Both the position numbers and the translations under genes were made by a program. DNA of 60,276 nucleotides from an uncultured Muribaculaceae bacterium (GTDB lineage: Bacteria; Bacillota_I; Bacilli_A; RF39; UBA660): assembly GCA_964630365.1 (NCBI GenBank), contig CAZVUP010000006.1:1-60276 (forward strand), in the 5' to 3' direction. Positions within the stretch are counted from its first letter, which is position 1. Each line of letters opens with the position of its first letter. Below are positions 20,150 through 30,649 of the stretch, in pieces. The notes beneath the pieces are model-generated. The model saw nothing but the letters and a program-made list of their open reading frames with translations. It did no database searches and had not been told where the DNA came from.

Positions 20150-22063
20150 TTAAGCTATTTGATATTCATCTTCTAGTGAGAATTCAACATTTTCTTCAAT
20201 CCATTCTTTACGAGGTGGAACATCATCACCCATAAGAATAGATACACGTTTTTCAGCTAATTGAGCATCTTCAATATTAACTCTAATTAGTGTTCTACTA
20301 CCTGGTTTCATAGTTGTTTCACATAGTTGATCAGCATTCATTTCACCAAGACCTTTATATCGTTGAATTTCACATTTTTTACCCTTGGCTTTTTCTTTCA
20401 TTTCATCTACTGTATAAGCATATTCTATTTCTTTACCACTTTGAATCTTAAATAATGGTGGTAAAGCAACAAATAATCTTCCATCCTCGATTAATGGTTT
20501 CATATAACGATAGAAGAACGTTAATAATAAACACTGAATATGTCCTCCATCTTCATCGGCATCGGACATGATTATTACTTTTGAATATTCACAGTCTTTA
20601 ATATCAAAGTTTGATCCATATCCAGCACCAATTGTATATATCATTGTATTTATTTCTTCATTCTTTAAAATATCTTCTTCTTTAGTTTTTTCTGTATTAA
20701 GAACTTTACCACGTAAAGGAAGAATTGCTTGATAACGTCTATCTCGGCCTTGTTTAGCAGAACCTCCAGCAGAATCACCCTCGACTAAGAACAATTCTTT
20801 TTTCTCTTTATCTTTACTTTGTGCTGGGGCAAGTTTTCCAGAAAGACTTCTTTCTTTATTATTCTTTTTAGTACCTTTACGAGCTTCTTCTCTTGCTTTA
20901 CGAGCAGCTTCACGAGCTATTTTACTACGTAAACTTTTATTAATTATTTCAGTAGCAATCGCTTTATTTTCTTCTAAATAAACTTTAATTTGCTCGGTAA
21001 CAATACTTTCTACAGCATTTTTAGCAGCCGGTGTTCCAAGTTTTCCTTTAGTTTGTCCTTCAAATTGAAGAATTCCTTCAGGTATTTTTAGACTAATTAC
21101 GGCTGTTAATCCTTCACGGACATCACTACCTTCAAAAGCTTTATCTTTTCCTTTTACAAAGCCATTAGCTTTAGCATAGTCATTAAAAACACGAGTTAGG
21201 GCCGTTTTAAAACCAACTTCGTGTGAACCGCCATCGATAGTTTTAACATTATTTACGAATGAGACAATATTCTCATTATATGTATCGGTATACTGCATAG
21301 ATATTTCAACATCTATCTTATCTTTAGTTCCATTAATACTTAGTACTTTATGAAGAGCATTCTTACCTTTATTTAAATCTTCAACAAACTCTTCAATTCC
21401 TCTTTCATAATGAAATTTTGCATTACGATTATCTTCTTCATCAACTACTTCAATAGTTATATCCTTTAATAAATAGGCTGACTCTTGCATTCTTTCACAG
21501 ACTGTTGTATAAGAAAAATTAATTGTTGAAAAGATTTCTTCATCTGGTAAGAAGCGGACTGTTGTTCCTGTTTTATTTGTTGTTCCTATTTTCTTTAGTG
21601 GTACTGCTACATGGCCGCCATTTTCAAAACGGATATAAGATTCTTCTTTATCTCTTTTAATAGTTACTTCCATCCATTTAGACAAAGCATTAACAACACT
21701 TGAACCAACACCATGTAGACCACCTGACACTTTATACCCATCACTTTCAAACTTACCACCAGCATGAAGTACTGTATAAATTACTTCAGGGGTACTTTTG
21801 CCAGATTCATGAATACCAGTTGGTACACCACGTCCATGATCTTCAACACTTACTGATTTGTCCTTATGAAGAGTTATTTTAATATAGTCTCCATAACCAT
21901 TAATAGCTTCATCGACAGAGTTATCTACTATCTCCCAAATAAGATGATGTAGACCTCTCTTATCAGTTGATCCTATATACATACCAGGACGCTTTCTAAC
22001 AGCTTCAAGTCCCTCTAATATTTTGATTGACGATGCATCATATTTTCCTGCCATCTTTATCAC
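20150..22063 (-). CDS. parE: DNA topoisomerase IV subunit B
   Basis: LEGLEAVRKRPGMYIGST, GGLHGVGSSVVNALS, VEGDSAGGSAKQGRDR, PLRGK, RYKGLGEM; upstream of parC. Confidence 0.95.
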   Translation of the reverse strand: MIKMAGKYDASSIKILEGLEAVRKRPGMYIGSTDKRGLHHLIWEIVDNSVDEAINGYGDYIKITLHKDKSVSVEDHGRGVPTGIHESGKSTPEVIYTVLHAGGKFESDGYKVSGGLHGVGSSVVNALSKWMEVTIKRDKEESYIRFENGGHVAVPLKKIGTTNKTGTTVRFLPDEEIFSTINFSYTTVCERMQESAYLLKDITIEVVDEEDNRNAKFHYERGIEEFVEDLNKGKNALHKVLSINGTKDKIDVEISMQYTDTYNENIVSFVNNVKTIDGGSHEVGFKTALTRVFNDYAKANGFVKGKDKAFEGSDVREGLTAVISLKIPEGILQFEGQTKGKLGTPAAKNAVESIVTEQIKVYLEENKAIATEIINKSLRSKIAREAARKAREEARKGTKKNNKERSLSGKLAPAQSKDKEKKELFLVEGDSAGGSAKQGRDRRYQAILPLRGKVLNTEKTKEEDILKNEEINTMIYTIGAGYGSNFDIKDCEYSKVIIMSDADEDGGHIQCLLLTFFYRYMKPLIEDGRLFVALPPLFKIQSGKEIEYAYTVDEMKEKAKGKKCEIQRYKGLGEMNADQLCETTMKPGSRTLIRVNIEDAQLAEKRVSILMGDDVPPRKEWIEENVEFSLEDEYQIA

Positions 22064-22184
22064 TCCAATACTAACTATTAATAATTATATCGAATGGATT
22101 TATTTTTTTCAACTTTCTTTACTTTTTTTGACGTTTTTTGTTGATATATAAGGATTTCTGATGGTTTTAAATTTTTAAATAAAC

Positions 22185-22209
22185 AAAAAAGTTATCTTTC
22201 GATAACTTT
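22185..22209 (-). terminator. Intrinsic terminator after the adhesin gene
   Basis: AAAGTTATC tttc GATAACTTT with a U-run. Confidence 0.75.
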
Positions 22210-22213
22210 CTTT

Positions 22214-25200
22214 TTAATAATTGAAACCTTTTCTTTTACTTAAGAAGATTGCTAGTCCAACTAAATATAACATTGTTACAATTAGTCCTGCAGTAGAACC
22301 GCTGTCTTCATTAAGCCCAGTATTAGGTATTTCAATTGGTTGATCTTTTGCTGTATTAACATAGTAAACTTTAATAACATTTTTCTCTTCGTCAACAGAA
22401 ATTGTTAATGGTAAGTTTTCTACTTTATCAAGTTCATACCCTTCTTTTGCTTTATCTTTATAAGTAGTGATTTCATCACCAAATGTTTGATCAGTGTAAG
22501 TCTCTGTTGCATTTTCATCTAATTTACCATCATAGTAGTATTCAACTGTATAAGTTAAATCATCTCTTTTTACATAGAATACATTAATTACATTACCTTT
22601 AGTGGCAATTGTTAATGGTAAGTTCTCTGTTCTATCTAATTTATAACCTTCAATTACTTTATCAGTATATTCAGTTATTTCAGATTCAAATTCGGCCATG
22701 CCTTTTTCTGTTTTAGTATCATCTTTTTCTTCATCATAGTAATAGTCAACTTCGTATTCAAAGTTATCTTTTACATAATAAACTTTAATGATATTGTTCT
22801 CAGCTTTTTCTGTAATAGTAAGTGGTGCATTATCATCATGATCAAATTTGTATCCTTCTTTTTCTTTTGATTCATAATTTACAGTTGATTGATATTCTGC
22901 TTTTCCTTCAACTGTTGCATCTTCATCTTTTTCTCCATCATAGTAGTATTCAACTGTGTAATCGAAGTTATCTTTTACATAATAAATTCTAATTACATTA
23001 CTATCTTCATCTTCTGTTACTGTTAATGGTAAGTTTTCTGTTTTATCTAAACGATATCCAGTCTTATTCTTATCAGTATAAGTTGTGATTCTATCTTTAT
23101 AAGTTGCACCTTTTGTATCTGTTTTTGAATCATCTTTTACACCATCATAATAGTATTCAACTGTGTAATCGAAGTTATCTTTTACATAATAAACTCTAAT
23201 TACATTTTTAGATTCATCTGCTGATACTGTTAATGGTAAGTTTTCTGTTTTATCTAGTTTATATCCAGTCTTATTCTTATCAGTATATGTAGTGATTTTA
23301 TCTTGATATGTTGCTTCTACTGTATCTGTTTTTGAATCATCTTTTACACCATCATAATAGTATTCAACTGTGTAATCGAAGTTATCTTTTACATAATAAA
23401 CTCTAATTACATTACTATCTTCATCTTCTGTTACTGTTAATGGTAAGTTTTCTGTTTTATCTAAACGATATCCAGTCTTATTCTTATCAGTATAAGTTGT
23501 GATTCTATCTTTATAAGTTGCACCTTTTGTATCTGTTTTTGAATCATCTTTTACACCATCATAATAGTATTCAACTGTGTAATTAAATTCACCCTTTTTA
23601 TAATAAACTTGAATTAAATTTTCACCAACGTTAGATGTAATAGTTAATTGTCCATTTTCTGGATTTGTTCTATCTAATACATAACCAGGTCTGTTTTTAT
23701 CTGTATAAGTTACTGTAGATCCAAACTTAGCTTCTTGATCAGTAATAGCTTCTGATTCATCTTCTACTTCATCGTAGTAATACCTTACACAGTAATTATA
23801 ATTGTTTCTAGTATAAGTAATATCTAATCTATTTTCTTGTTCATCATCTAAAGTTTTTGGAGTTTGAACGTGACCATTATAATTAAATCCGTCTTTTGCT
23901 CCTTTATCAATAAATGTTTGAGCTGGAATCTTTTCACCAAATGTTCCCTTATATGTGCCATTTCCATCATCGGCTACATCTGTCATAGTTCCATCTAAAT
24001 TCTCATAATGATAGTATACTTTATATTCTAAATCGTCTTTCTTTTCATAGATTATATCTAAGTTATTATTTTCTACTATTTCAGTAATATAAATAGTATT
24101 AGATTGATCTTCTTTTAAACGATATCCTTTAGGTTGATATGCTACTAACTCATCTTGAGTCAAAGTAACTGTTTCTTGATATTCTGCTTCTTTTTCTACA
24201 GTAGGCGCTAATCTATTAGCTTCACTCTTGCTATCTTTATAGTAGTTAACAGTATAACCAAAGTTATCTTTTACATAGTAAACACTAATTACATTTTTAG
24301 ATTCATCTTCTGATACTGTTAATGGTAAGTTTTCTGTTTTATCTAAACGATATCCAGTCTTGTTCTTATCAGTATATTTAGTAATTTCATCTTGATATGT
24401 TGCTTCTTTTGTTTCTGTTTTAGATTCATCTTTTTCTCCATCATAGTAGTATTCAACTGTGTAATCAAATTTATCTTTTACGTAGTATACTTTGATTACA
24501 TTTTCTTGTTCATCTGCTGATACTGTTAATGGTAAGTTTTCTGTTTTGTCTAATTTATATCCAGTCTTATTCTTATCAGTATATTCTTCTATTTTGTCTT
24601 CAAATGTCGCCTTTTTAGTTTCTGTTTTTGAATCATCTTTAGTACCATCGTAATAGTATTCTACTACATAATTGTATTGACCTCTTACATAGTATACTTG
24701 AATTAGATTTTCTTTTTCATTTGTTGATACTTCTATTTTTCCAGTTTGTGGATTAACATGATTAAATACATAACCTGTTTTTTCCTTATTCTGATAAGAA
24801 ATTTCAGTTCCTAGTTTTGCTTTTTCTTCTACTTTAAATGATTCGTCTTCTACTTCATCATAGTAATATCTAACACAATAATTATATTCATTTCTTGTAT
24901 AATAAATATCAAGTCTATTTTCTTGTTCATCATCTAAAGTTTGTGGACTTTGAGTGTTACTATTATATGTAAATCCTTCTTTTTTATTTAGACCAATTCC
25001 TTTATAAGTTTCTACATCAATAGTATCTCCAAAAGTTCCAGTATGTGGATTATTATCATCAGCAATAACTTCTTCATTATTGTTTAATCCTTCATAATGA
25101 TAATATACCTTATACTCTAGTCCTGTTTTCTTTTTGTAGATAACATTTAATACATTATCTGCAGAATTTTTTGTAATAGCAACATTTTCTACTACATTTC

Positions 25201-26599
25201 CATTCTTATCTTCTAAATGGTCAAATACATAACCTTTTATGTCTGTTCTTGCAATATATGGTATGTTTGTAGAATAATCTGCTACACCTGTATCACTAGG
25301 TTCTACTTTATTATTACTATCTATTCTATCTTTATAGTGATTAACTGTATAAGCAACTTGTGGTCTTTCCCAATATACGTTTGGTGATTCATCTAACATA
25401 ATAGTTTTTGTTTCACCTGTTTTTGGATCTGTATAAGTTATACCTGCTTTTTTGTCAGTTGTATTATTTGTATCATAATATCCTGTAGGTTTTGTTTGAT
25501 CAATATCTACATAGAATGATACTGTTTGTTTTTCACCTGTAATATTTTCTAAAGTGAATGTTTTTGTTCCAGCAAATTCCTCAGCACCTTCAATTTTAAA
25601 TTCTGGTGTTAAAGTATCTGTTAATGTTGGATCAATTGCAGCGGCAACTAGATCATTTACCATATCTTGTACTGCTGCTGTAATTGTATCAGGATCAGCA
25701 TCTGAATAATGATTTGCATCTGTTGCAATATTTTCTCTTAAATATTTGCTTGTAGATGTAGTTGTTGCATAACCAATTGCATAGATTTCAATTCCACTAT
25801 TTTTAGCGCTTGTAGCTGCTGCTGTTGCTTGTGTTTTTGGGTAGTTAGAATCTGGGAAAGGCCAACTTTGATCCTTTGGTTCAGTTGGATCACCATCACT
25901 AATAACTAATATTACCTTTTTGGCATTAGCATCTCCGGCTGTAGCAGTATTTAATTTTGTCTCTGCATTTGTAATTGCTTCATATAAATTAGTTGCTCCA
26001 TATGGATGACCAAAACTTGCATCACTAAAATCTTCAGTAGCTGCTGCAGCGGTTGAAGAAAATGTAACTAAACTAACGTGTGCACTATCTCCTAAATTTG
26101 TTTTAATAGTACTTTGAAATGTTTTAGCTCCGCTTATAGCACTTTCCCATTTGTTTTTTGTAACTCCAGATGGTTCAGGGTTATAACTACCATCCATACA
26201 ATATATACTTGTTCCATCTGCTGCAGTATAATGAATTGGATCTCTTCGTCCACTTTCTTCTGAATATGTTTCTTTTGTACCAAAATAACCATTAGATACA
26301 TCACCACAAATCATAGATCCAGAACGGTCAAATACTACTGCTGCATATAATGGATAAGTATTCCTGTATGGAACTCCTTCAATCTCAAATGTAATCTTGT
26401 ATCTACCTGGAGTTTCTGTTGCTGTTGCTGTTTTTTTGATGTGAATATCACCTTCATTAACAAGGCTACCTGTTTCAACTGATTCTCTAACAACATCACC
26501 AGAATCTAAGGCTTTAGCATATATTAGTGTAGCAGGGTTACTAAATACTAATGCTACTATTGATATGATTGAGATTAATTTTTTGAATTTATCTTTCAT
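22214..26599 (-). CDS. Sortase-anchored adhesin: signal peptide, vWA domain, MucBP-like repeats, IPNTG anchor
   Basis: MIDAS DRSGS...TN...SDG; many YTVEYYYDG...GYKLDKTENLPLTV...NVIKVYY modules; IPNTG-TM-KRK. Confidence 0.88.
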   Translation of the reverse strand: MKDKFKKLISIISIVALVFSNPATLIYAKALDSGDVVRESVETGSLVNEGDIHIKKTATATETPGRYKITFEIEGVPYRNTYPLYAAVVFDRSGSMICGDVSNGYFGTKETYSEESGRRDPIHYTAADGTSIYCMDGSYNPEPSGVTKNKWESAISGAKTFQSTIKTNLGDSAHVSLVTFSSTAAAATEDFSDASFGHPYGATNLYEAITNAETKLNTATAGDANAKKVILVISDGDPTEPKDQSWPFPDSNYPKTQATAAATSAKNSGIEIYAIGYATTTSTSKYLRENIATDANHYSDADPDTITAAVQDMVNDLVAAAIDPTLTDTLTPEFKIEGAEEFAGTKTFTLENITGEKQTVSFYVDIDQTKPTGYYDTNNTTDKKAGITYTDPKTGETKTIMLDESPNVYWERPQVAYTVNHYKDRIDSNNKVEPSDTGVADYSTNIPYIARTDIKGYVFDHLEDKNGNVVENVAITKNSADNVLNVIYKKKTGLEYKVYYHYEGLNNNEEVIADDNNPHTGTFGDTIDVETYKGIGLNKKEGFTYNSNTQSPQTLDDEQENRLDIYYTRNEYNYCVRYYYDEVEDESFKVEEKAKLGTEISYQNKEKTGYVFNHVNPQTGKIEVSTNEKENLIQVYYVRGQYNYVVEYYYDGTKDDSKTETKKATFEDKIEEYTDKNKTGYKLDKTENLPLTVSADEQENVIKVYYVKDKFDYTVEYYYDGEKDESKTETKEATYQDEITKYTDKNKTGYRLDKTENLPLTVSEDESKNVISVYYVKDNFGYTVNYYKDSKSEANRLAPTVEKEAEYQETVTLTQDELVAYQPKGYRLKEDQSNTIYITEIVENNNLDIIYEKKDDLEYKVYYHYENLDGTMTDVADDGNGTYKGTFGEKIPAQTFIDKGAKDGFNYNGHVQTPKTLDDEQENRLDITYTRNNYNYCVRYYYDEVEDESEAITDQEAKFGSTVTYTDKNRPGYVLDRTNPENGQLTITSNVGENLIQVYYKKGEFNYTVEYYYDGVKDDSKTDTKGATYKDRITTYTDKNKTGYRLDKTENLPLTVTEDEDSNVIRVYYVKDNFDYTVEYYYDGVKDDSKTDTVEATYQDKITTYTDKNKTGYKLDKTENLPLTVSADESKNVIRVYYVKDNFDYTVEYYYDGVKDDSKTDTKGATYKDRITTYTDKNKTGYRLDKTENLPLTVTEDEDSNVIRIYYVKDNFDYTVEYYYDGEKDEDATVEGKAEYQSTVNYESKEKEGYKFDHDDNAPLTITEKAENNIIKVYYVKDNFEYEVDYYYDEEKDDTKTEKGMAEFESEITEYTDKVIEGYKLDRTENLPLTIATKGNVINVFYVKRDDLTYTVEYYYDGKLDENATETYTDQTFGDEITTYKDKAKEGYELDKVENLPLTISVDEEKNVIKVYYVNTAKDQPIEIPNTGLNEDSGSTAGLIVTMLYLVGLAIFLSKRKGFNY
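22947..23580. repeat. 207-bp (69-aa) near-perfect tandem repeats within the adhesin
   Basis: TATTCAACTGTGTAAT recurs at 22947, 23154, 23361 and 23568; units 1 and 3 are nearly identical. Confidence 0.9.
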
Positions 26600-26603
26600 A
26601 TTT

Positions 26604-27359
26604 TTAATTCTCCTTTTTTTCTATTTTTTTTGCTATCAATACTATATATGAATTTTTTGGATTATAGTTACAAGTTTGAAGGATTAGGAGTTTATCATTA
26701 GGACTTAAACTGCAGTCACCTTTACAATACTTAGTATCACTTAGTAACTTATCCAAGTGGTTTTGCCATGCCTTATCACTCTTGGCATCTAGAACAGTAT
26801 GTTCATTGTCAGTAGTAATTATTTTTATGGCATAGACTTCATATTCTAATACTTCTTCCTCTGTTAGTAATTTAATACTTCCAGATTTTTCAAAATTCTT
26901 TTTGTTGAGATATTTCTCTAACTTGTAGAAGGGTAATTTTTCTTTGTAATCATCATAGTCAGAATTATGTGAGTAAATATTTATCTGTTTTTCATCTTTT
27001 AAGATATTGCTATTTCTAAAATCAATATAGGGATTACCTAAATTATTTTCTTCTTTAGATAAGTCATGATTTAGATAATATTTATTATCAGTTGTTTTTG
27101 TTATTACTGTATTAATATCTAAATCTTTGATTTCTAATGTAGCAATAATATCATTATTATTCCATTCTTGTTTTAAATTACTGATAAGTGTTTTAGTGTC
27201 TATATCCTGCTTTTCGACAACTATCGGCTTAGTTTCTTTTACTGGCCTTTCCTGCTTAGGTTCAGTTACAAAGAAAGCAATACTTATCATAATAATTGTA
27301 AAAATCAAGAACCCCCAATTTAGTCTTTTCTTCAACCTATTCACCCCACATTCGGGCAT
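26604..27359 (-). CDS. srtB: Class B sortase
   Basis: N-terminal TM, DN.YYLNHD, G.PYIDFRN, IYSHN (His), LQTC (Cys); directly upstream of the IPNTG substrate. Confidence 0.85.
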   Translation of the reverse strand: MPECGVNRLKKRLNWGFLIFTIIMISIAFFVTEPKQERPVKETKPIVVEKQDIDTKTLISNLKQEWNNNDIIATLEIKDLDINTVITKTTDNKYYLNHDLSKEENNLGNPYIDFRNSNILKDEKQINIYSHNSDYDDYKEKLPFYKLEKYLNKKNFEKSGSIKLLTEEEVLEYEVYAIKIITTDNEHTVLDAKSDKAWQNHLDKLLSDTKYCKGDCSLSPNDKLLILQTCNYNPKNSYIVLIAKKIEKKEN

Positions 27360-27533
27360 AATACCCTAAGAACTTTGATAGCTTACTATAATAGTATAAA
27401 AATGTTGAAAAGTCAAACATTTCTATAGTCGTTTTGGTATTTTGAACCATATTTTATACATAATTTTTAAATTTTAATTAATATTTTGGATTAAAAACTA
27501 TTTTTCAACAAAAAAAGCGCATATTTGCGCTTT

Positions 27534-28058
27534 CTATTTTATATTCTTTGCTGATTGAGCAATTTTCATTCTAGCAACGGCTAGGCTTGTATCAAAAGGA
27601 ATACTAATATTATTACCAGAAATACCTATTTTTATCTCTTTATAGGCTTCTTGGACTTTTGGTGTAGCAACAATTCTTAAAAACTCTTTTATTATTTTTA
27701 ATTGATAAGAATTTAAATCGCGATATGAATGAAAAGCAAGTAACAATTCATCAGAATCAGTAATTCTTAATTCAAGCCATTCACAACATATTTTTTGAAT
27801 ATCTTTGAACTTAGAAAAATTTGCCCCACGATATCTTTTTATATTTCCAGTAGCTATATTATTGGCTAATGTAAAATTAGAATACATATGAGGTTCTACA
27901 CCATCATCTTCTGTTACCTTAAATCTGGCTTTGTCTTTGGAAATTACACCACAGGCTTGAAGTCCACCTTCGTTAGCATCGAATCTTTTTCTTTTAATCA
28001 ATTCATTAAAAAAGCTTTCTAATTCCTGTTCATCATATATCTTTTCTTCAATCTCCAT
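27534..28058 (-). CDS. Hypothetical protein
   Basis: 174-aa ORF with SD AGGTG and a downstream terminator (27509-27533). Confidence 0.6.
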   Translation of the reverse strand: MEIEEKIYDEQELESFFNELIKRKRFDANEGGLQACGVISKDKARFKVTEDDGVEPHMYSNFTLANNIATGNIKRYRGANFSKFKDIQKICCEWLELRITDSDELLLAFHSYRDLNSYQLKIIKEFLRIVATPKVQEAYKEIKIGISGNNISIPFDTSLAVARMKIAQSAKNIK

Positions 28059-28073
28059 TAATAATCACCTATA

Positions 28074-29726
28074 TTAATTAAATTTCTTATTATATAGTTC
28101 AATTCTTTTTATGATTTTATCTTTACCTAATATTTTCATAATACTAAATAAATCAGGGGACTTTAATCTTCCTGTTAGCATTACTCTAATTGCTTCACAG
28201 ATATCACCAACATGGCCCTTGTAGTCATCTGGATTTTTCTTATAGTCTTTTGGACTTGCAGCATAACCATTTGCCTCAGCAAATTCTTTCACTTTATTAA
28301 ACCAAATTTCATTATCAACTTCTAAATCTAAATAATTATTTACATAATCTAATACTAAATTAGTATCATAAGTTTTATCGCCATCAAATTTAGAATAATC
28401 TTCTTTTTCAAACATTGAATCAATGGCATATGAAAATTCTTCTTTTACTTCACTATATTTTGAAATATCTTTTCTTGGGCGTGGTCCATCTTTTTCAATA
28501 CTTAAATATTTAATCATATCATCTTTGTTGGCAAGTAATAGTTCAGCATAATCTTTATCATGTTTTAGTGCCCAAGATAAAGTTTCTTCATAAACATCTT
28601 CCCCTTTTTTATGAGAAAAATATGTTTTTGAAATATTATTTAGTTTATCTAAATCGAATAAAGTTCCACCAATAGCCATTTTATCAAATGTAAAAGTAAA
28701 GTCATCTATCCCTTTATCTGGATTTTGTAAATACCACTCTTCAAAATTAGAATTTAAAATAGTTGCAAGATATAGTTTTACTGCTTCTATTGGGATACCA
28801 ACTTCATCATAATATGATACTTTTGCTTCTGGGTCTTTTCTTTTAGATAATTTCCTTATAGTTCCATCTTCTTTTTTTGTAATAGCAGCAGTATGAACAT
28901 ATTCTGGCCTTTCAAAACCTAATACATCAAATAATTGTACATGTACAGGAATAGATGATACCCATTCATCTCCTCTTATTACATGTGTTGTATGCATTAA
29001 GTGATCGTCAATTGCATGAGCAAAGTGATATGTAGGTGTACCATCCTTTTTTAGTAATACTATATCCATATCATTTTCTGGAAATTTTATTTTTCCTTTA
29101 ACACAATCTATTATTTCTATTTCTTTTTTACTATCACCAGGTGATTTTAATCTTATTACATGTTCTTCACCGTTAGCTATTTTTTCTTTTACTTCTTCTA
29201 AAGATAAATCTCTATCTGTAGCATATACTCCATATATTCCTAACTTTGTTTTATTAATTTCTTGTTCTTCTCTGATTGATGCTATTTCTTCTTCTGTCAT
29301 GAAACAAGGATATGCAAATCCTTGAATAACTAAATCTTTTACATAAGTTTGATAAATCTCTGTTCTCTCACTTTGAATATAAGGGCCATATTCACCACCA
29401 ACTTTAGATGATTCATCTGGTTTTATTTCAAATGCATCTAAGTCATTAAAAATACCTTCAACACCATTTTCGACACTTCTTTTTTGATCAGTATCTTCAA
29501 TTCTTAGGAAGAAAACACCATTAGTTTGTTTAGCAAAAACACTATCACAAAAAGAGCCAAATAAACTTCCCATGTGAACAAATCCTGTTGGGCTTGGTCC
29601 AAATCTTGTTACCATTGCCCCTTCAGGAAGGTTTCTTTCAGGATATTTCTCCTCATAATAAGCACGGTCATGTTTTATATTTGGAAATAATAATTCTGCT
29701 AATTCTATTCTTTCTTCATTTGTCAT
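28074..29726 (-). CDS. gltX: Glutamate--tRNA ligase
   Basis: RFGPSPTGFVHMGS (HIGH), LRIEDTD, YHFAHAIDDHLM.TTHVIRGDEW, KLSKRKD (KMSKS). Confidence 0.96.
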   Translation of the reverse strand: MTNEERIELAELLFPNIKHDRAYYEEKYPERNLPEGAMVTRFGPSPTGFVHMGSLFGSFCDSVFAKQTNGVFFLRIEDTDQKRSVENGVEGIFNDLDAFEIKPDESSKVGGEYGPYIQSERTEIYQTYVKDLVIQGFAYPCFMTEEEIASIREEQEINKTKLGIYGVYATDRDLSLEEVKEKIANGEEHVIRLKSPGDSKKEIEIIDCVKGKIKFPENDMDIVLLKKDGTPTYHFAHAIDDHLMHTTHVIRGDEWVSSIPVHVQLFDVLGFERPEYVHTAAITKKEDGTIRKLSKRKDPEAKVSYYDEVGIPIEAVKLYLATILNSNFEEWYLQNPDKGIDDFTFTFDKMAIGGTLFDLDKLNNISKTYFSHKKGEDVYEETLSWALKHDKDYAELLLANKDDMIKYLSIEKDGPRPRKDISKYSEVKEEFSYAIDSMFEKEDYSKFDGDKTYDTNLVLDYVNNYLDLEVDNEIWFNKVKEFAEANGYAASPKDYKKNPDDYKGHVGDICEAIRVMLTGRLKSPDLFSIMKILGKDKIIKRIELYNKKFN

Positions 29727-29774
29727 AATTACACCTCTTTTTTTGGTTATTAAAAGTAAAAAAAGAAAACTCTT

Positions 29775-30188
29775 TTATTTTAGTTCTTTACTTTTATTAT
29801 CATTTTTAAATGGATTACCTACTATTTCTAAGTATTCTAATAATGATACTGTATCTACTTTGATATATCCTTTAGTACTTAATAAATTAAATTCATTTGA
29901 ATTAAATTGTTTAAATGTTAAATCTATTAAAAAATCTTCTGAATCATTTATTTTTACTAAGTTAAAGACATGGGAATATGGATATCCTAAATATTCTGTA
30001 TCCACTTTTTGTGAGGCAAGATGTCTTTTTCTAAGACATGCTCTAATCTCATCACTATAAATCTTACAAGTTCTCTCTGTTGTTAAGCCCTGAAGATTCT
30101 TTTTTGTTTCAGCAATTGATTCTATAATTAGAGATTCTATATCACGTTCATCTAAACTTAGTAAATAATATATATTCATGTTTATCAC
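29775..30188 (-). CDS. Hypothetical protein with a papain/transglutaminase-like Cys-His-Asp pattern
   Basis: RTCKIYS...SHVFNLV...FLIDLTFKQF. Confidence 0.5.
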   Translation of the reverse strand: MINMNIYYLLSLDERDIESLIIESIAETKKNLQGLTTERTCKIYSDEIRACLRKRHLASQKVDTEYLGYPYSHVFNLVKINDSEDFLIDLTFKQFNSNEFNLLSTKGYIKVDTVSLLEYLEIVGNPFKNDNKSKELK

Positions 30189-30193
30189 CTAAT

Positions 30194-30268
30194 TGGCTGC
30201 CCCAGTTAGATTCGAACTAACGCGTGATGGAGTCAGAGTCCACTGCCTTACCGCTTGGCTATGGGGCA
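30194..30268 (-). tRNA. tRNA-Gln (anticodon CTG)
   Basis: TGCCCCATAGCCAAGCGGTAAGGCAGTGGA-CT-CTG-AC-TCCATCACGCGTTAGTTCGAATCTAACTGGGGCAGCCA; cloverleaf with encoded CCA. Confidence 0.96.
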
Positions 30269-30322
30269 ATTTCTATATAATTGTACAACAAAATTAAAAA
30301 AAGTAAAATACTTTTTGGTATT

Positions 30323-30646
30323 TTACTTATCTTCTTTAACTCCACTTAAATATAATCTATTTTGAAAACCTCCACGTTCTTCTTTCTTTTTATTGCGAGT
30401 TGCGATTATATCATCGAGTGTTTTTCCTTCTACTTCAGCAAGTGAGTTCATAACTTCTAACATATCAGCAAGTTCTTCTATTCGATCACTTCCTGTTGCT
30501 TGGAGAGTTTCATTTAGTTCTTCTTGTAATTTCTTTTCTAGTTCTATTTTATATTCTTCTTCTGATAAAACTCTTGTAATTGGTTCTTCACCATTACTTC
30601 TTATGATATCAGGTATTTTATCCCTTACTAGCTTATTATATGACAT
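30323..30646 (-). CDS. MazG-like nucleoside triphosphate pyrophosphohydrolase
   Basis: YNKLVRDKIPDII, KL.EE..E, EELADMLEV, K.EERGGF. Confidence 0.88.
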   Translation of the reverse strand: MSYNKLVRDKIPDIIRSNGEEPITRVLSEEEYKIELEKKLQEELNETLQATGSDRIEELADMLEVMNSLAEVEGKTLDDIIATRNKKKEERGGFQNRLYLSGVKEDK

Positions 30647-30649
30647 AGT

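Noticed and set aside
22900-24700. Regularly spaced DNA repeats considered as a CRISPR array
   Set aside because: The 207-bp period is in-frame coding repeat with no unique spacers and no cas genes.
30188-30268. tRNA-Gln as the attachment site of an integrated island
   Set aside because: No duplicated tRNA 3' end or integrase seen in the window.
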